A DNA stretch of 64,000 nt, taken from contig CAVRJG010000051.1 in the NCBI GenBank assembly GCA_963721455.1, positions 1-64,000 on the forward strand. The letters run 5' to 3'. Each line of letters starts with the position of its first letter. Positions within the stretch are counted from its first letter, which is position 1. The stretch comes from an uncultured Methanosarcinaceae archaeon (GTDB taxonomy: Archaea; Halobacteriota; Methanosarcinia; Methanosarcinales; Methanosarcinaceae). Below are positions 41,645 to 52,195 of this stretch, in pieces. The notes beneath the pieces were generated by a model. It saw only the letters and a list, made by a program, of their open reading frames with translations, had not been told where the DNA came from and made no database searches. The translations under genes and the position numbers were made by a program.

Positions 41645-42442
41645 TTGCAATTAGAACTTCTAGAGTTGATTTTTCTTTCCGATAAGCGAAAACAGTTATT
41701 GCTTTTTCTGAAAAACGGGCCGAAAAACATGGATGAAATCAGGGAAGCTCTTCAGGTAACTTCCACAGCCATTCTACCTCAAATTAAAAAATTAAAGGAA
41801 AAGTCCCTGGTTATTCAGGAGGACAAAAACTATACACTCTCCCGTATAGGAAAAGTCCTTGTTGAAAAAATGCAGCCGCTTGTCAGTGTAATTGATGTTT
41901 TCGAGGACAATTTTGAGTACTGGGTTGAAAGGGACCTGCATGGAATTCCCCCTTCTTTTCGAAAGCGGATCGGAGAACTCGGGAATTGTAAACTGATCCA
42001 GCCCGATCTGGACAGGATGTTTGAACTTGATCCGGAAATTGTGGAAAACCTCTTTGAATCGAAATATATTCTTGAATGCATAGCTTATTTCGATCCCTCG
42101 CTCATTTCTATATGCCAGAAGCTTTCAAAAAATGGGGCAGAGTTCTCCTTTCTTATGTCTGAACCTGTTTTTCAGCGCTATTCTAAGGATTACCTCGAAG
42201 ATTTCAGGAATTTGCTGGCCTTCGAAAACATGAAGTTTTTCCTGTATTCCGGAGAACTCAGGATCGCGAACCTTACTGTTACGGATAAGTTTTTTTTGAT
42301 CTCGCTTTTCCCGAAGAATCAGAAGCATTTCGATAGGGAAAGCCTGATTAGTTATGAACCTTCAGCTCTCATATTCGGAAATGAGCTTTTTAACGAGTTA
42401 CTCAGGAGTTCTACCCGCATTACTCGAATGCCATATGAATAG
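41645..42442 (+). CDS. Winged-helix transcriptional regulator (ArsR-like/DUF1724, Methanosarcina Msr-type)
   Basis: SDKRKQLLLFLKNGPK...ILPQIKKL N-terminal HTH; YW..RDL..IP motif; ALIFGNELF C-terminus. Confidence 0.88.
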   Translation: MQLELLELIFLSDKRKQLLLFLKNGPKNMDEIREALQVTSTAILPQIKKLKEKSLVIQEDKNYTLSRIGKVLVEKMQPLVSVIDVFEDNFEYWVERDLHGIPPSFRKRIGELGNCKLIQPDLDRMFELDPEIVENLFESKYILECIAYFDPSLISICQKLSKNGAEFSFLMSEPVFQRYSKDYLEDFRNLLAFENMKFFLYSGELRIANLTVTDKFFLISLFPKNQKHFDRESLISYEPSALIFGNELFNELLRSSTRITRMPYE

Positions 42443-42614
42443 ATTAAGAATCCTGCCTGCACAGACGTGCACAGGACTATGTCTCCGGAACTTTTGAGCT
42501 TTCTGTTCCAGTTTACTTTGTGACAATGTCCTCAATTAGAGTTCTAAGTATAATTTCAATAGGTTCTTCTCTCCTGAAATTCCTTGGTTAATCTCAAAAA
42601 AGGTAAACTGCCGC

Positions 42615-42740
42615 CCGAGTTTTGCTCCCCGAGTTGCGCCAGCAGAGTTGCGGCTCTGCAGTGCGCTGTCCTTCTCGCTGAGCTCGAGAGGACTAATTTC
42701 AAAGAATTGCTTTTCAACTCGCTCAAAAGGACTAATTTAT
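42615..42740. repeat. Dispersed GC-rich palindromic repeat, copy 1
   Basis: 36 bp GAGTTGCGCCAGCAGAGTTGCGGCTCTGCAGTGCGC (42631-42666) is identical to 52202-52237, and is followed by GTCCTTCTCGCTGAGCTCGAGAGGACTAA. Confidence 0.85.
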
Positions 42741-42981
42741 AGATAAGTAGTATTGTTTTGCTCAGGCGGGTTAATTTACAAAATTACAACGTTTCCGTGA
42801 GGTCGGTGCTTTCTGCGGTTATAGAAAATGAAGTGAACCAAAACTGCTGAAAACACCTGCAACCCGGAAGAAAAAGAGCATTGTCAAAGCTTTTTCGTGC
42901 TCTCCGTGCTATATAACGTCGATTGAGTTACGTACGGATATCAGGTTCGAAACTACAACGTCCGCTTGCTGTTTCCTGCGG

Positions 42982-43428
42982 TTACCCTGTTTTTCTCCTG
43001 TGTTTCAGCTTTTCGGCAATGTCAATACCGAGCCTTTTGCATTCCTGGACATCCTTATCTGTGGGCTTGTGAAGAATCCGGAGCACAGGGTCTATAACAG
43101 TCATTCCCATCTCTCGCATCTTTTCGGCTATCAGTATGGGCGCTTCTCCGCTCCATCCGTAAGACCCGAAAGCAGCTCCTAATTTGCCTTTTGGGTTTGT
43201 GGCAGCAAGAGTCTCATTCATGAATTTTTCCATGGGCAGTAGCATTTTGTAGTAAAAAGTCGAGGAGCCAACTGCAATTGCATCTGCTTCATCAAGGTCT
43301 TCGGGCTTTATGTCATAAAAGCTGACAGCTTTTACATCCACATTCTTTGATTCGATTCCACTAGCTATAGCTTCGGCCATAGCTTTTGTATTCCCTGAGG
43401 TACTGAGATAAACCACTATTGCTTTCAA
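42982..43428 (-). CDS. Flavodoxin-domain protein (start probably TTG 43428)
   Basis: VVYLSTSGNTKAMAEAI and AAFGSYGWSGEA motifs; RBS GGGGAT. Confidence 0.92.
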   Translation of the reverse strand: MKAIVVYLSTSGNTKAMAEAIASGIESKNVDVKAVSFYDIKPEDLDEADAIAVGSSTFYYKMLLPMEKFMNETLAATNPKGKLGAAFGSYGWSGEAPILIAEKMREMGMTVIDPVLRILHKPTDKDVQECKRLGIDIAEKLKHRRKTG

Positions 43429-43643
43429 CCTTATCCCCCATCCGATGTAAGATTTGATATTAACGCCGGTTACGGACAAAAAGTGAGCGAAAATACGCAA
43501 TTGCATATCTACCCGAAGCCCAGGGAGAATAAAAGTGAAACCTGAGGCTTTCTCACTTTCCGATCCTGCATTAATTATAAAAATTATTTTAAATAAGGAT
43601 TTCGTCCAGGGTCAGATTTACTTCAGGCGTGAAAGAAAATCCT

Positions 43644-45422
43644 TTATCCCAGGTCTGCCGCAATACGGATGGGGGCTATATAGTTCACTACCTGGAGAGC
43701 TACGCTCTCAAGAAAGTTGCGGACATTCTGGGAAATCCTGTCCGTAGTATGAGAGGCAAAGTTAAGGCTGCCTATAATTTCTCCTCTGTATTTCATAGGA
43801 ATCACCGCTACCGAAGTAATTTTTTCCTTCCTGATCAGGTCTGCCATTTTCTCTGAGAAAAAATCAAGCTTGTAAACAGGTTTTTCAGTCCAGATCTGCC
43901 GTGCTTCAGGGGAATCTGCCTTATATGTGGAAACACTTTTCACAAATTCGGGGGAAAGTCCTCTTTGTGCAACCAGATTAACCTGGTCGAGGAGCTCATC
44001 TTTCAGGTATATGCCTGCTGCATCTATCTCTTCTATCTGCAGGCAGGCATCAAGAATCCTGTTAAGCATAGTCTGAAGGTTCCAGGTGGTACTCAGGGAT
44101 ATTCCAAGTCCTCTCTGGATCTCAAGCATTTTCTGCGCCTCTTTTCTTTCAGTAACATCCACAACTATCCCCTGGAAATGAGCTACATCGCCTTTATCGT
44201 CTCGCTGGATAAATGTCCGCTCCTCAACCCAGTGCATACGGCCGTTCCCGGTAAAAATTCTGTACTCCATCTCGAAAGAATCGTATCCTTCTCTTATCGA
44301 ACGCGCAAGTTTTTCGATAACTGCTTTGATATCGTCTTTATGGATTATATTCCCGTAAAGTACATTTCCGGAAGTGAAGTCCTCTACTGTATACCCGAAT
44401 TGCGTTACATTTTCGGAAACAAATTCTGCAGGCCAGTTTTCCATGTTTTTCCATGTAAAAGCTACTGCCGGACTTTTGTTAATTATGGTTTTCAGCAATT
44501 TCTGCGTTTCAAGAGATTTTCTCAGGGCCTCTTCAACTTTTTTTTTGGGAGTTATATCAAGCACTATCCCCTGAAAACAGCTTACTTTCCCGTCTACCTC
44601 TCTCTGGATAAAAGTTCTTTCGTTTATCCATCGCACGTCTCCGGCTTTAGTAAATATTCTGTATTCCGAATTGAAGCTTACCTCTCCTTTCTGGATGCTC
44701 CTTTCAAGCTCCTCTTCTACTTTTTCCAGGTCATCGGGGTGTATGATTTTACCGTACTGAATTGTCTGTGATAGAAAATCATCAACCGTATATCCAAACC
44801 GTATCACGTTGTCTGAGACAAAAACCGCAGGCCAGTATTTCTCGTTCCTCCAGAGAAAGATCACTGCAGGGCTATTATTGATTACCGTGGTCAGCACTTT
44901 CTGCATCTTAAGGGTTTTTTCCAGTTCTTCTTCAATTTTCTTCCGCTTAGTGATATCGAGCACTACGCCCTGAAAGTGTGTTGCCTCTCCGCCTGTATTT
45001 CTCTGAATAAAGGTCCTTTCATTTATCCATCGAATGTTCCCGGATTTCGTAACAATTCTATACTCCATGTTAAATGCAGGAACCCCACTTTTTACTCTCT
45101 TCTCAAGTTCCTTTTCAATATTCTCGAGGTCATCGGGATATATTATATCCCTATACATTACCCTGCCAGAAGTGAAATCTTCTACCGCGTATCCGAAATT
45201 CGCTACGTTTTCAGAGACATATTCTACAGGCCATTTATCTTCGTTCTTCCTGAGAAATAGCACAACCTGGCTGTTATTGATTATCATTTTCAGGGCTTCT
45301 TCTTTTTCCAGGGCTGTGTGAAGGGCCTCTCCTCTCGTGTTATTTCTACTCTCTGTCGCCTGGAATTGCGTGTTTAAAGCTCTTTTATCTTCCGAACCCT
45401 CACCATCCATTTCTCCAACCAC
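43644..45422 (-). CDS. Sensor protein with three PAS/PAC domains and a C-terminal GAF domain, no output domain
   Basis: Three repeats of WP.EFVS.N...FGYTVEDF..G...Y..II...EYRI.T..G..RWI.ERT; GAF motif IPMKYRGEIIGSL. Confidence 0.9.
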   Translation of the reverse strand: MVGEMDGEGSEDKRALNTQFQATESRNNTRGEALHTALEKEEALKMIINNSQVVLFLRKNEDKWPVEYVSENVANFGYAVEDFTSGRVMYRDIIYPDDLENIEKELEKRVKSGVPAFNMEYRIVTKSGNIRWINERTFIQRNTGGEATHFQGVVLDITKRKKIEEELEKTLKMQKVLTTVINNSPAVIFLWRNEKYWPAVFVSDNVIRFGYTVDDFLSQTIQYGKIIHPDDLEKVEEELERSIQKGEVSFNSEYRIFTKAGDVRWINERTFIQREVDGKVSCFQGIVLDITPKKKVEEALRKSLETQKLLKTIINKSPAVAFTWKNMENWPAEFVSENVTQFGYTVEDFTSGNVLYGNIIHKDDIKAVIEKLARSIREGYDSFEMEYRIFTGNGRMHWVEERTFIQRDDKGDVAHFQGIVVDVTERKEAQKMLEIQRGLGISLSTTWNLQTMLNRILDACLQIEEIDAAGIYLKDELLDQVNLVAQRGLSPEFVKSVSTYKADSPEARQIWTEKPVYKLDFFSEKMADLIRKEKITSVAVIPMKYRGEIIGSLNFASHTTDRISQNVRNFLESVALQVVNYIAPIRIAADLG

Positions 45423-46121
45423 CTGCAGAGGGCTCTACAATATCCCCCTTTTATGTGCTCCTGCATTGTTTTTCCGTGTCTTTCATCTATATTCCATTTA
45501 TATAATTATGTTTCTATCAAATATCAGTTTTCTTGATTACTGTCTCTTATTTTTCATATTTCTATTAGTGCTGAAAAACCGATAACTATAAACTGGTCAG
45601 TTTTTTAGCTCCCAAAAGTCAGGCTTTAGGTATTGAATTCCGTTTTCGTGTCGCTTCCGGAATCCATATATATTAAAACAAAGGTAATAAGATTCCGTAC
45701 TCCGTATTTCAGGTACGCCTCTGCCAGTCAGAAAAGCTCCTTTATTATGCAACCACCAAAGAAAATCGGCTGGACATAAGGCTTTAAAATCCGCGTGCCT
45801 ACCATGAACCCCATTATGAACCCAACAGGTGAATAGCTAAGATCTCAAAGGAATATTTGTCGGCAAAAATTAGTTAAAGCGGATTTTAGAAGACCATATT
45901 GTAACTCAATAAGACCTGTAAATACGGAATACGATAAAGAAAAATGGCAAAAGTCTAAAAATGGCAAAAGTCTAAAAAAGCAAAAATGGCAAAAAGGCCT
46001 GAAACGACATAAACCTCCATAAAAGGGCTTGCGGTAAGGTATGAGGGAGACTTTACTGCAGTTCCTTTGCTTTTTACCCATTCCTTTGATTAGCTCTTTA
46101 TAATATCATTTGCTTGAAGGT

Positions 46122-46940
46122 TCATTTCTCAGCGTACGCTTCGATTTCCAGCCTTATCATCTGGACATGGATATGCCCCTTATTATCCGGGGGGCGGAAA
46201 CTGACAAAAAGATTAACAAGCTCATCTATAAATTTATAAAAGATTAACAAGCTCCTCAAATTTATTTTCAGACTTTCAGGTACTTGCTGTGTGAATGGGT
46301 GCCAGGTTGAAGCGATTGAGGCAAAGAGACTTTCTTTTCCCGCAAGAGCCATATCTTTTGAGTTCATTTCCAGGCGTTTCACTCTAAAACCTGCATTCTT
46401 GAGCCATTCCCGATATTCTTCAGGTCCGTAAAACCCGTATGGAAAAACAAAATCCCTGAAATAACAGCTCCATTTTTCATCTTCAAGCATTCAATCAATG
46501 ATTTTAAGGATTTCTGCAGCGTTTCCCCTCCCTCCAAACTGCATCAGCAACGCTCCACCGGGTTTCAGGCTTCTCCAAAAACCTTTCAGGACAGGTTCCG
46601 GGTCCTTTATCCAGTGAAGAGCAGCATTGGAAAAGATAATGTCGTATTCGGAGTCAAAAGGAAGTTCTCCCGCATCCACCTGCATAAAGGCAAGGTTTGG
46701 GAATTGCTCGGGAGGATAATGAGCCTTTGCAAAATTAACCATTGTTTCTGAAATATCTATTCCGAGAATCGAGCCTTCAGGCAGGTTCTTTGCTATTTCG
46801 GCGCTGAGTCTTCCGTCTCCGCAACCTACATCAAGAACTCTTTCGTTTCCGTTGAGGGACAGTTTTGTGAGAAGTTCGAGTCCCCAATTATTCTGGGCCG
46901 AAGAACTGGAAGCGTAAAGTCCGGGGTTCCAGCAGTACAT
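46122..46940 (-). pseudogene. Tam-like class I SAM methyltransferase interrupted by an in-frame TGA (46491-46493) and an internal duplication
   Basis: VLDVGCGDG, IFSNAALHW and LKPGG in 46491..46940 continue in the same frame into 46122..46490 (FPYGFYGPEEY..WL...TWHPF). A ~28-31-bp tandem duplication lies at 46206-46266. Confidence 0.85.
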
Positions 46941-47085
46941 AAAAATACTTCGTCCCGTTCTGAGATAAATATTTTCGGCGAAAATAGAGGTTAACTCTTA
47001 AGAAAGAAAGTTTTAAACAGGAAATATCAAAAGAATTAAATGGAGAAACAAAAATGGGTAATATAAATAGGAGTAATAAAATTTG

Positions 47086-47181
47086 GTGAACGGGTGCAAC
47101 TCTGTCGTGGTTAAGTGTCTGTGGTATGTCCTTTTATTTGGGTGTGATCTTGTAGATGTGGTCCAGAGCAGGCCCGTTCAC
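47086..47181 (-). ncRNA. Candidate stem-loop sRNA (GTGAACGGG...CCCGTTCAC)
   Basis: 9-bp terminal stem plus an inner CTCTG/CAGAG pair; minus-strand TATA (TATTTATATA) at 47211-47220; same architecture as 54844-54932. Confidence 0.45.
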
Positions 47182-47571
47182 TATGCTATTGGTTCAAGAC
47201 TCGGACTGGCTATATAAATATTTGGGCATTATTATATTAAATTGCCTTTTTGTGAAATTACGTGCAAGTTTTAAGAGCTAAAATAAAGATTTCTATCCGG
47301 ATTTACTTTTATTGTTCGAAATGAAACTATCTTTCTCCTTCTAATTTTCTTACTTATATTTTTCAGTCAGCCTTCTGTACCTACCATTTTTTAATTAATT
47401 TTATCGGTTCTTTTCAGTAACCTTCCCGTTCTTTTTCATCCGATATTCCCAGTACTTTTTTCTGCCCTCTTCGCAGCTTTTTCTTCCCCAACCTGTTTAT
47501 ACTATGAAGTTTTTTCCTATCTATACATTATAACTCTTAACTCTCACCATAAAATTCGAAGGAGATTTACA

Positions 47572-49233
47572 ATGAGAAGCGCTATTATCAAAGAAGGACC
47601 GGAACGTGCTCCCAACCGCTCACTTCTAAAAGCGACCGGGGTCACAGATTCCGAGATGAAGAGGCCGTTCATCGCAGTCGTCAATTCCTGGAACGACATA
47701 ATCCCTGGCCATATCCATCTGGATAAACTTGCGGAGGCTGTGAAAGCCGGGATCAGGAATGCCGGGGGAGTTCCTTTTGAATTCCACACTATAGGGGTTT
47801 GCGACGGAATCGCAATGGGGCACGAGGGTATGAAATATTCCCTCCCCAGCAGAGAGGTTATTGAGGACACAATCGAAATTATGGTCAAAGCCCACCAGTT
47901 TGACGGCATGGTCCTTATTCCTTCCTGCGACAAGATAGTGCCAGGGCACCTTATGGCAGCAGGCAGGCTTGACATTCCTTCAATCGTTGTAACCGGAGGG
48001 CCGATGCTTCCGGGCTATGTGGATGACAGGTATACGGACCTCATATCGGTCTTCGAAGGGGTCGGAGCTTACAGGGCAGGCAAACTCTCCGAAGCCGACC
48101 TTAAAAGGCTCGAAAATCTTTCCTGTGCAGGAGCCGGGTCGTGTGCAGGAATGTTTACCGCAAACACCATGGCCTGCATGACCGAAGCTCTGGGGCTGAG
48201 CCTTCCGGGATGTGCAACTGCCCATGCAGTAGATGCGAAAAAGACCCGCATTGCCAAGGAATCTGGAGAGCGTATTGTGGAGATGGTCAGAGAGAACCTG
48301 ACTTCCAGAAAGATTGTCAATTTTAAATCCTTTGAAAATGCCATAATGGTGGATATGGCAATCGGGGGGAGCACAAATACTACACTGCACCTTCCTGCCA
48401 TTGCCCATGAATTCGGGCTAAAGCTCCCTCTCGAGGTTTTTGACGAACTGAGCCAGACGACTCCTCATCTCATCTCCCTGCGTCCGGGAGGCCCTAATTT
48501 CATGCTGCATTTTGACAGGGCAGGTGGAGTTCAGGCAGTCATGCAGAGACTTGCTCCTAAGCTCTATCTGGATCAGCTTACGGTTAACGGCAAAACTATC
48601 GGGGAAAATCTGAACGAATTCGATATCGTTAACCCAAAGCTCAATAAAGAGATCATTGCAACTCTCGAAAAGCCTATCCACGCTCAGGGAGGAATTGCAG
48701 TTCTGAAAGGCAGCCTCGCTCCTGACGGCTCGGTTGTGAAACAGACAGCAGTTGACCCCAGAATGCATGTTCACACAGGCCCTGCCAGGGTTTATGACTG
48801 TGAAGAAGACTCTATGAAGAGCATTCTTGCAGGTGATGTAAAGCCTGGAGATATCCTTGTTATCCGTTATGAAGGCCCTAAAGGCGGCCCTGGTATGCGG
48901 GAAATGCTTGCAGCTACAGCCGCAATCGGAGGCATGGGCTTGCTGGAGTCTGTGGCTCTGATAACTGACGGGCGCTTCTCCGGAGGCACCCGTGGGCCAT
49001 GCATAGGACACGTCTCTCCCGAAGCCAGTGAAGGAGGGCCGATTGCCCTGGTAAAAGATGGAGATATGATAGAAATCAATATTCCTGAAAGGGTTCTGAA
49101 TCTGAAGGTTTCAGAAGAAGAGCTTAAGCAGCGGAAAGCTACCTTCGTACCTCCGAAAAAGGAAGTTACAGGTTACCTTGCCAGGTACCAGCGTTCCGTA
49201 CATTCAGCAAGTACGGGCGGGATAGTGGACTGA
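47572..49233 (+). CDS. ilvD: Dihydroxy-acid dehydratase
   Basis: [57 protein letters not shown] and TDGRFSG motifs. Confidence 0.97.
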   Translation: MRSAIIKEGPERAPNRSLLKATGVTDSEMKRPFIAVVNSWNDIIPGHIHLDKLAEAVKAGIRNAGGVPFEFHTIGVCDGIAMGHEGMKYSLPSREVIEDTIEIMVKAHQFDGMVLIPSCDKIVPGHLMAAGRLDIPSIVVTGGPMLPGYVDDRYTDLISVFEGVGAYRAGKLSEADLKRLENLSCAGAGSCAGMFTANTMACMTEALGLSLPGCATAHAVDAKKTRIAKESGERIVEMVRENLTSRKIVNFKSFENAIMVDMAIGGSTNTTLHLPAIAHEFGLKLPLEVFDELSQTTPHLISLRPGGPNFMLHFDRAGGVQAVMQRLAPKLYLDQLTVNGKTIGENLNEFDIVNPKLNKEIIATLEKPIHAQGGIAVLKGSLAPDGSVVKQTAVDPRMHVHTGPARVYDCEEDSMKSILAGDVKPGDILVIRYEGPKGGPGMREMLAATAAIGGMGLLESVALITDGRFSGGTRGPCIGHVSPEASEGGPIALVKDGDMIEINIPERVLNLKVSEEELKQRKATFVPPKKEVTGYLARYQRSVHSASTGGIVD

Positions 49234-49380
49234 GCTGCCCGATGGTTATATTTTAAAAGATTTTTATTTCTGGAGGGTTTTATCCCTCCCTGGTTTTTTA
49301 GCTTTTTTCAAGCCTGAAATCTATCTTTTCTGAAGAATCCTGTGAATAACTTTATCGAAAAAATTGGAGAGGTGGAACTT

Positions 49381-49560
49381 TTGGAAGTAAAAGGACTATG
49401 TTCAATCTGTGGACTTCCGGCTAAACTTTATACATGCCAGTTATGCGGAAAAACCGTATGCAGCCAGTGCATGGATCGTAATAAGAGTTTCTGCATCAGG
49501 TGTGCCAGCGGCAGGACAGGTCCTGTACCTGGCTCTGAAGATATAGGGACACTTAAATGA
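49381..49560 (+). CDS. Small zinc-finger protein (CxxC x4; start probably TTG 49381)
   Basis: CSIC..CQLC..CSQC..CIRC; RBS GAGGTGG upstream. Confidence 0.75.
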   Translation: MEVKGLCSICGLPAKLYTCQLCGKTVCSQCMDRNKSFCIRCASGRTGPVPGSEDIGTLK

Positions 49561-49657
49561 TTGAATCAAAAATGGAAGTATTTCTGAAAGTAGTGGTCTG
49601 GACTTTAAAACCTGCAGGTCTTACCAGCCGTGAATTCCTCCCTCAGGTTCAGGTAAA

Positions 49658-50590
49658 TCATACAAGCAGGTTTATAGGGTGTCGGGAGGCAGGTTCTATG
49701 TCGAGGTCAGCTACAGCTTCCGCAATCATTATGTCGCTCATGGCAGCCATGGGAAAAACATGTGGAGCATACTCGATAGGTCCATAAAGGATAAAATCTC
49801 CGGCTGCTGCCTGTTGCAGGCAGATTGAGCCAATATCGCAGATCCTGTACAGGATAGGGTCTTTTTCTTTCTTCCGATTCAGCCAGCTCCAGGCCGAGGG
49901 CGCATTGTGTATCCCTGAGCCTGTTGGGTGTCCCCATTTTGCTTTTGCGGTGATGGTCATCCTGAGGGCAACGCCTGCTCCGTTTCCCATAGGGGTGATG
50001 CTCGGGTCTATGAGCTTGTTAACTATTCCGCAACTGTCTGCTATTGAAAGGAGCCCTTCTTCCAGAAGTCCGGCTCCGTTTTCCAGCAGTTCCATCCTGC
50101 CCTGAAGGGTTGAGTCCATTGCATTGAAGCCAAGGATAATCGAACTGTCTATATCGGATAGAGCAAGAGCCTCCATTTCCGAAGCGTTTATGCTCAGATT
50201 TATGGAGTTATAGATTGCTCTGTCTGCAAGCCCTACCTCGCTGACATATTCTGCTGCATGGGAACGTACAGCTCCTTCGGGGGAGTCGATAAGAAAAGGA
50301 GCTTCTGAAATTTCTGTCACAAAGTCAATATAGCGAGTAATGCTTTTAGGGGTAGTACCGAAAATATGGATTATATGGGGGTTTCCTGTTTCTTCCGAAC
50401 TTGCTTCCTGCAGGTTTATCAGTCCTTCGGCAGCAGTCCGGTCAAACAGGCCTTTTGCAACGTCTTCTACGATTTCATGCTTATCATAAAAAATAGTTCC
50501 TGCAAGTACGGTCGGGAGTTCTCCTGGCTGTCCGCCTACTTTTACCCCTGCAATGTTAACTATTTCCTGTTCTTTCTGGAACTTAAACAT
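49658..50590 (-). CDS. mtxH: MtrH-like methyltransferase subunit MtxH
   Basis: MFKFQKEQ..GGQPGELPTVLAGTIFY, IYNSIN, GSGIHNAPSAW, LYGPIE and HPINLL; in an operon with mtxA/mtxX. Confidence 0.92.
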   Translation of the reverse strand: MFKFQKEQEIVNIAGVKVGGQPGELPTVLAGTIFYDKHEIVEDVAKGLFDRTAAEGLINLQEASSEETGNPHIIHIFGTTPKSITRYIDFVTEISEAPFLIDSPEGAVRSHAAEYVSEVGLADRAIYNSINLSINASEMEALALSDIDSSIILGFNAMDSTLQGRMELLENGAGLLEEGLLSIADSCGIVNKLIDPSITPMGNGAGVALRMTITAKAKWGHPTGSGIHNAPSAWSWLNRKKEKDPILYRICDIGSICLQQAAAGDFILYGPIEYAPHVFPMAAMSDIMIAEAVADLDIEPASRHPINLLV

Positions 50591-50674
50591 CTTTACGCCC
50601 TCAAAATCTACAGGTTACTATTTTACTTTAAAATATCGTAATATACTTTCAAAGTGAGTCTCTTCCATTGAAGG

Positions 50675-51268
50675 TCAGAGACTTTCGGCATGGCAGACAA
50701 TTCCTGCAGCTGCGTCCATAACAAATTCTTCGGAAATGATTACATCGCCTGAGATAGGGACTGCAAAGGGAGATTGCCTTCTTTTCGGGGAACAGATGAT
50801 AAAAGGCTCATCCGGGTAAGCTTCTCCTCTGCCTTTATATTTTTTCACAATCCTCAGGATTTCTTTGGGGTCGACAAGTCCTATTCTGTCAAGGAGTACG
50901 ACCTGCTGCTGAAAGCGTCTGACTGCTGCTCTGGATATATTCTCTATGAAAGGGATTGCTCCCTCAGAGCCAACGATCCTGCCCTTTTCGTCAACCCCGT
51001 TTTCATGAATTGCAAGCAGGGAATGGCCTGCCAGGTGCCCCCTTGACTCTGCCCCACAGACAAGGACATACCGGATATTAGAATTTGAAATAATATTTAC
51101 GATTATTTTTTCGACTCCGAGATTTTCGGTTTTTGAACTTCCCCAGATGGCCGCTTCAGGTGAGGGATTGATCTGGCTTGCAAGAGTTACAACCGCAATC
51201 CGGGATTCTGGATTCCCTACGATGTGGTCTCCTTTTACTACCGGCCATGTCTCTGCAATGGTTTTCAA
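50675..51268 (-). CDS. mtxA: MtrA-like corrinoid subunit MtxA
   Basis: WPVVKGD..VGNPESRIAVVTLAS, KTENLGVEKII.NIISNSNIRY, GHLAG and GAIPFIEN; no TM anchor. Confidence 0.92.
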   Translation of the reverse strand: MKTIAETWPVVKGDHIVGNPESRIAVVTLASQINPSPEAAIWGSSKTENLGVEKIIVNIISNSNIRYVLVCGAESRGHLAGHSLLAIHENGVDEKGRIVGSEGAIPFIENISRAAVRRFQQQVVLLDRIGLVDPKEILRIVKKYKGRGEAYPDEPFIICSPKRRQSPFAVPISGDVIISEEFVMDAAAGIVCHAESL

Positions 51269-52128
51269 TGGATCACCTTTTTTCTTTCCTTATTCAGGTA
51301 GGATAGTGCACTTGCAAGCATTATGGCTTTAGTGAAATGTCCGCCTACTCTTGATGTGTCCACAAAAACGTAATCGTCCATCAGCACTGGAGCCCCGAGT
51401 CCATCGCCCCCACCCAGGAAAGCAATTGTTCGGAAGATCAGGTTTCCTGAGATCCCGTCAGGGGCAACGATAAAGTTCGATTCTTTTATGGCATCTTCAA
51501 TAAGAATGGTGTGGTGTTTAGCATTGATCCCCAGTTCCACAGCTCGCCTTGTCACGAATTCCCCTTCCGCAAGGGTCCGGTCCACACGTCTGTCCCTTCC
51601 TATATCTCCAATCCTGCCTCCGGAAAGCACACCGACCGCAGGCTCGATCCCGAACCTCCTTATATATTCGGCACCAAGAGTTACCATGTGGAGCTTATCT
51701 GCAATGGTATTCCCTTCATCGATTCCTACAGGGGCGAGAAAGAAAGGCGTCCCGTCAACCGTCAGGAGGAGGGCAAGCCGGCAAATTCTTTTCGTTCCAA
51801 GGGCTTCTTTAAGGTGGGCAAGAGCTCCGGATGCCTTTGCAGTGCCCCTAATAGCAGCATCGACTTTTCTTGAAATCAGGAGTTCTGTAAGAGTCTTTTC
51901 GGGATCGTCTGTATCCATTACCTCAAGTTCTGTCCCGATCTCATCGATTTCTTTTTTGCTTCCAACAAGGACGACCTGTGCATATCCCAGTTCCTGGGCT
52001 TTCCACGCACTCTCGAGAATTTTGGGAGTTGGCTCTCTTATTCCCATAGCTACTCTGGCCCTGTTCGTCCTGGCTCTTATTTCGATAGCCTCAAGGAGGG
52101 AATCCATGCTATTTTTTTCCATATCCAT
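51265..52128 (-). CDS. mtxX: Methanogenesis marker protein 4 / MtxX (start at ATG 52128 or 52122, not 52392)
   Basis: DAAIRGT, FFLAPVGIDEG, GVLSGGR..D.GR, ILIEDA, APDGISGNLIFR and FVDTSR motifs. Confidence 0.92.
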   Translation of the reverse strand: MDMEKNSMDSLLEAIEIRARTNRARVAMGIREPTPKILESAWKAQELGYAQVVLVGSKKEIDEIGTELEVMDTDDPEKTLTELLISRKVDAAIRGTAKASGALAHLKEALGTKRICRLALLLTVDGTPFFLAPVGIDEGNTIADKLHMVTLGAEYIRRFGIEPAVGVLSGGRIGDIGRDRRVDRTLAEGEFVTRRAVELGINAKHHTILIEDAIKESNFIVAPDGISGNLIFRTIAFLGGGDGLGAPVLMDDYVFVDTSRVGGHFTKAIMLASALSYLNKERKKVIH

Positions 52129-52195
52129 CCTAACTTTTGTGTAAGATTTTAAGTAGTTCAAAGAAGTACAAACACGATCATTAATTAATTTTGTC

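Noticed and set aside
45939-45997. 17-bp tandem repeat aaaaatggcaaaagtct
   Set aside because: Only about 2.5 copies in an intergenic region; looks like ordinary slippage with no supporting structure.
46491-46493. Pyrrolysine or selenocysteine read-through
   Set aside because: The codon is TGA, not TAG, and Methanosarcina are not known to use Sec. I saw no in-frame TAG with continuing homology elsewhere in the window.
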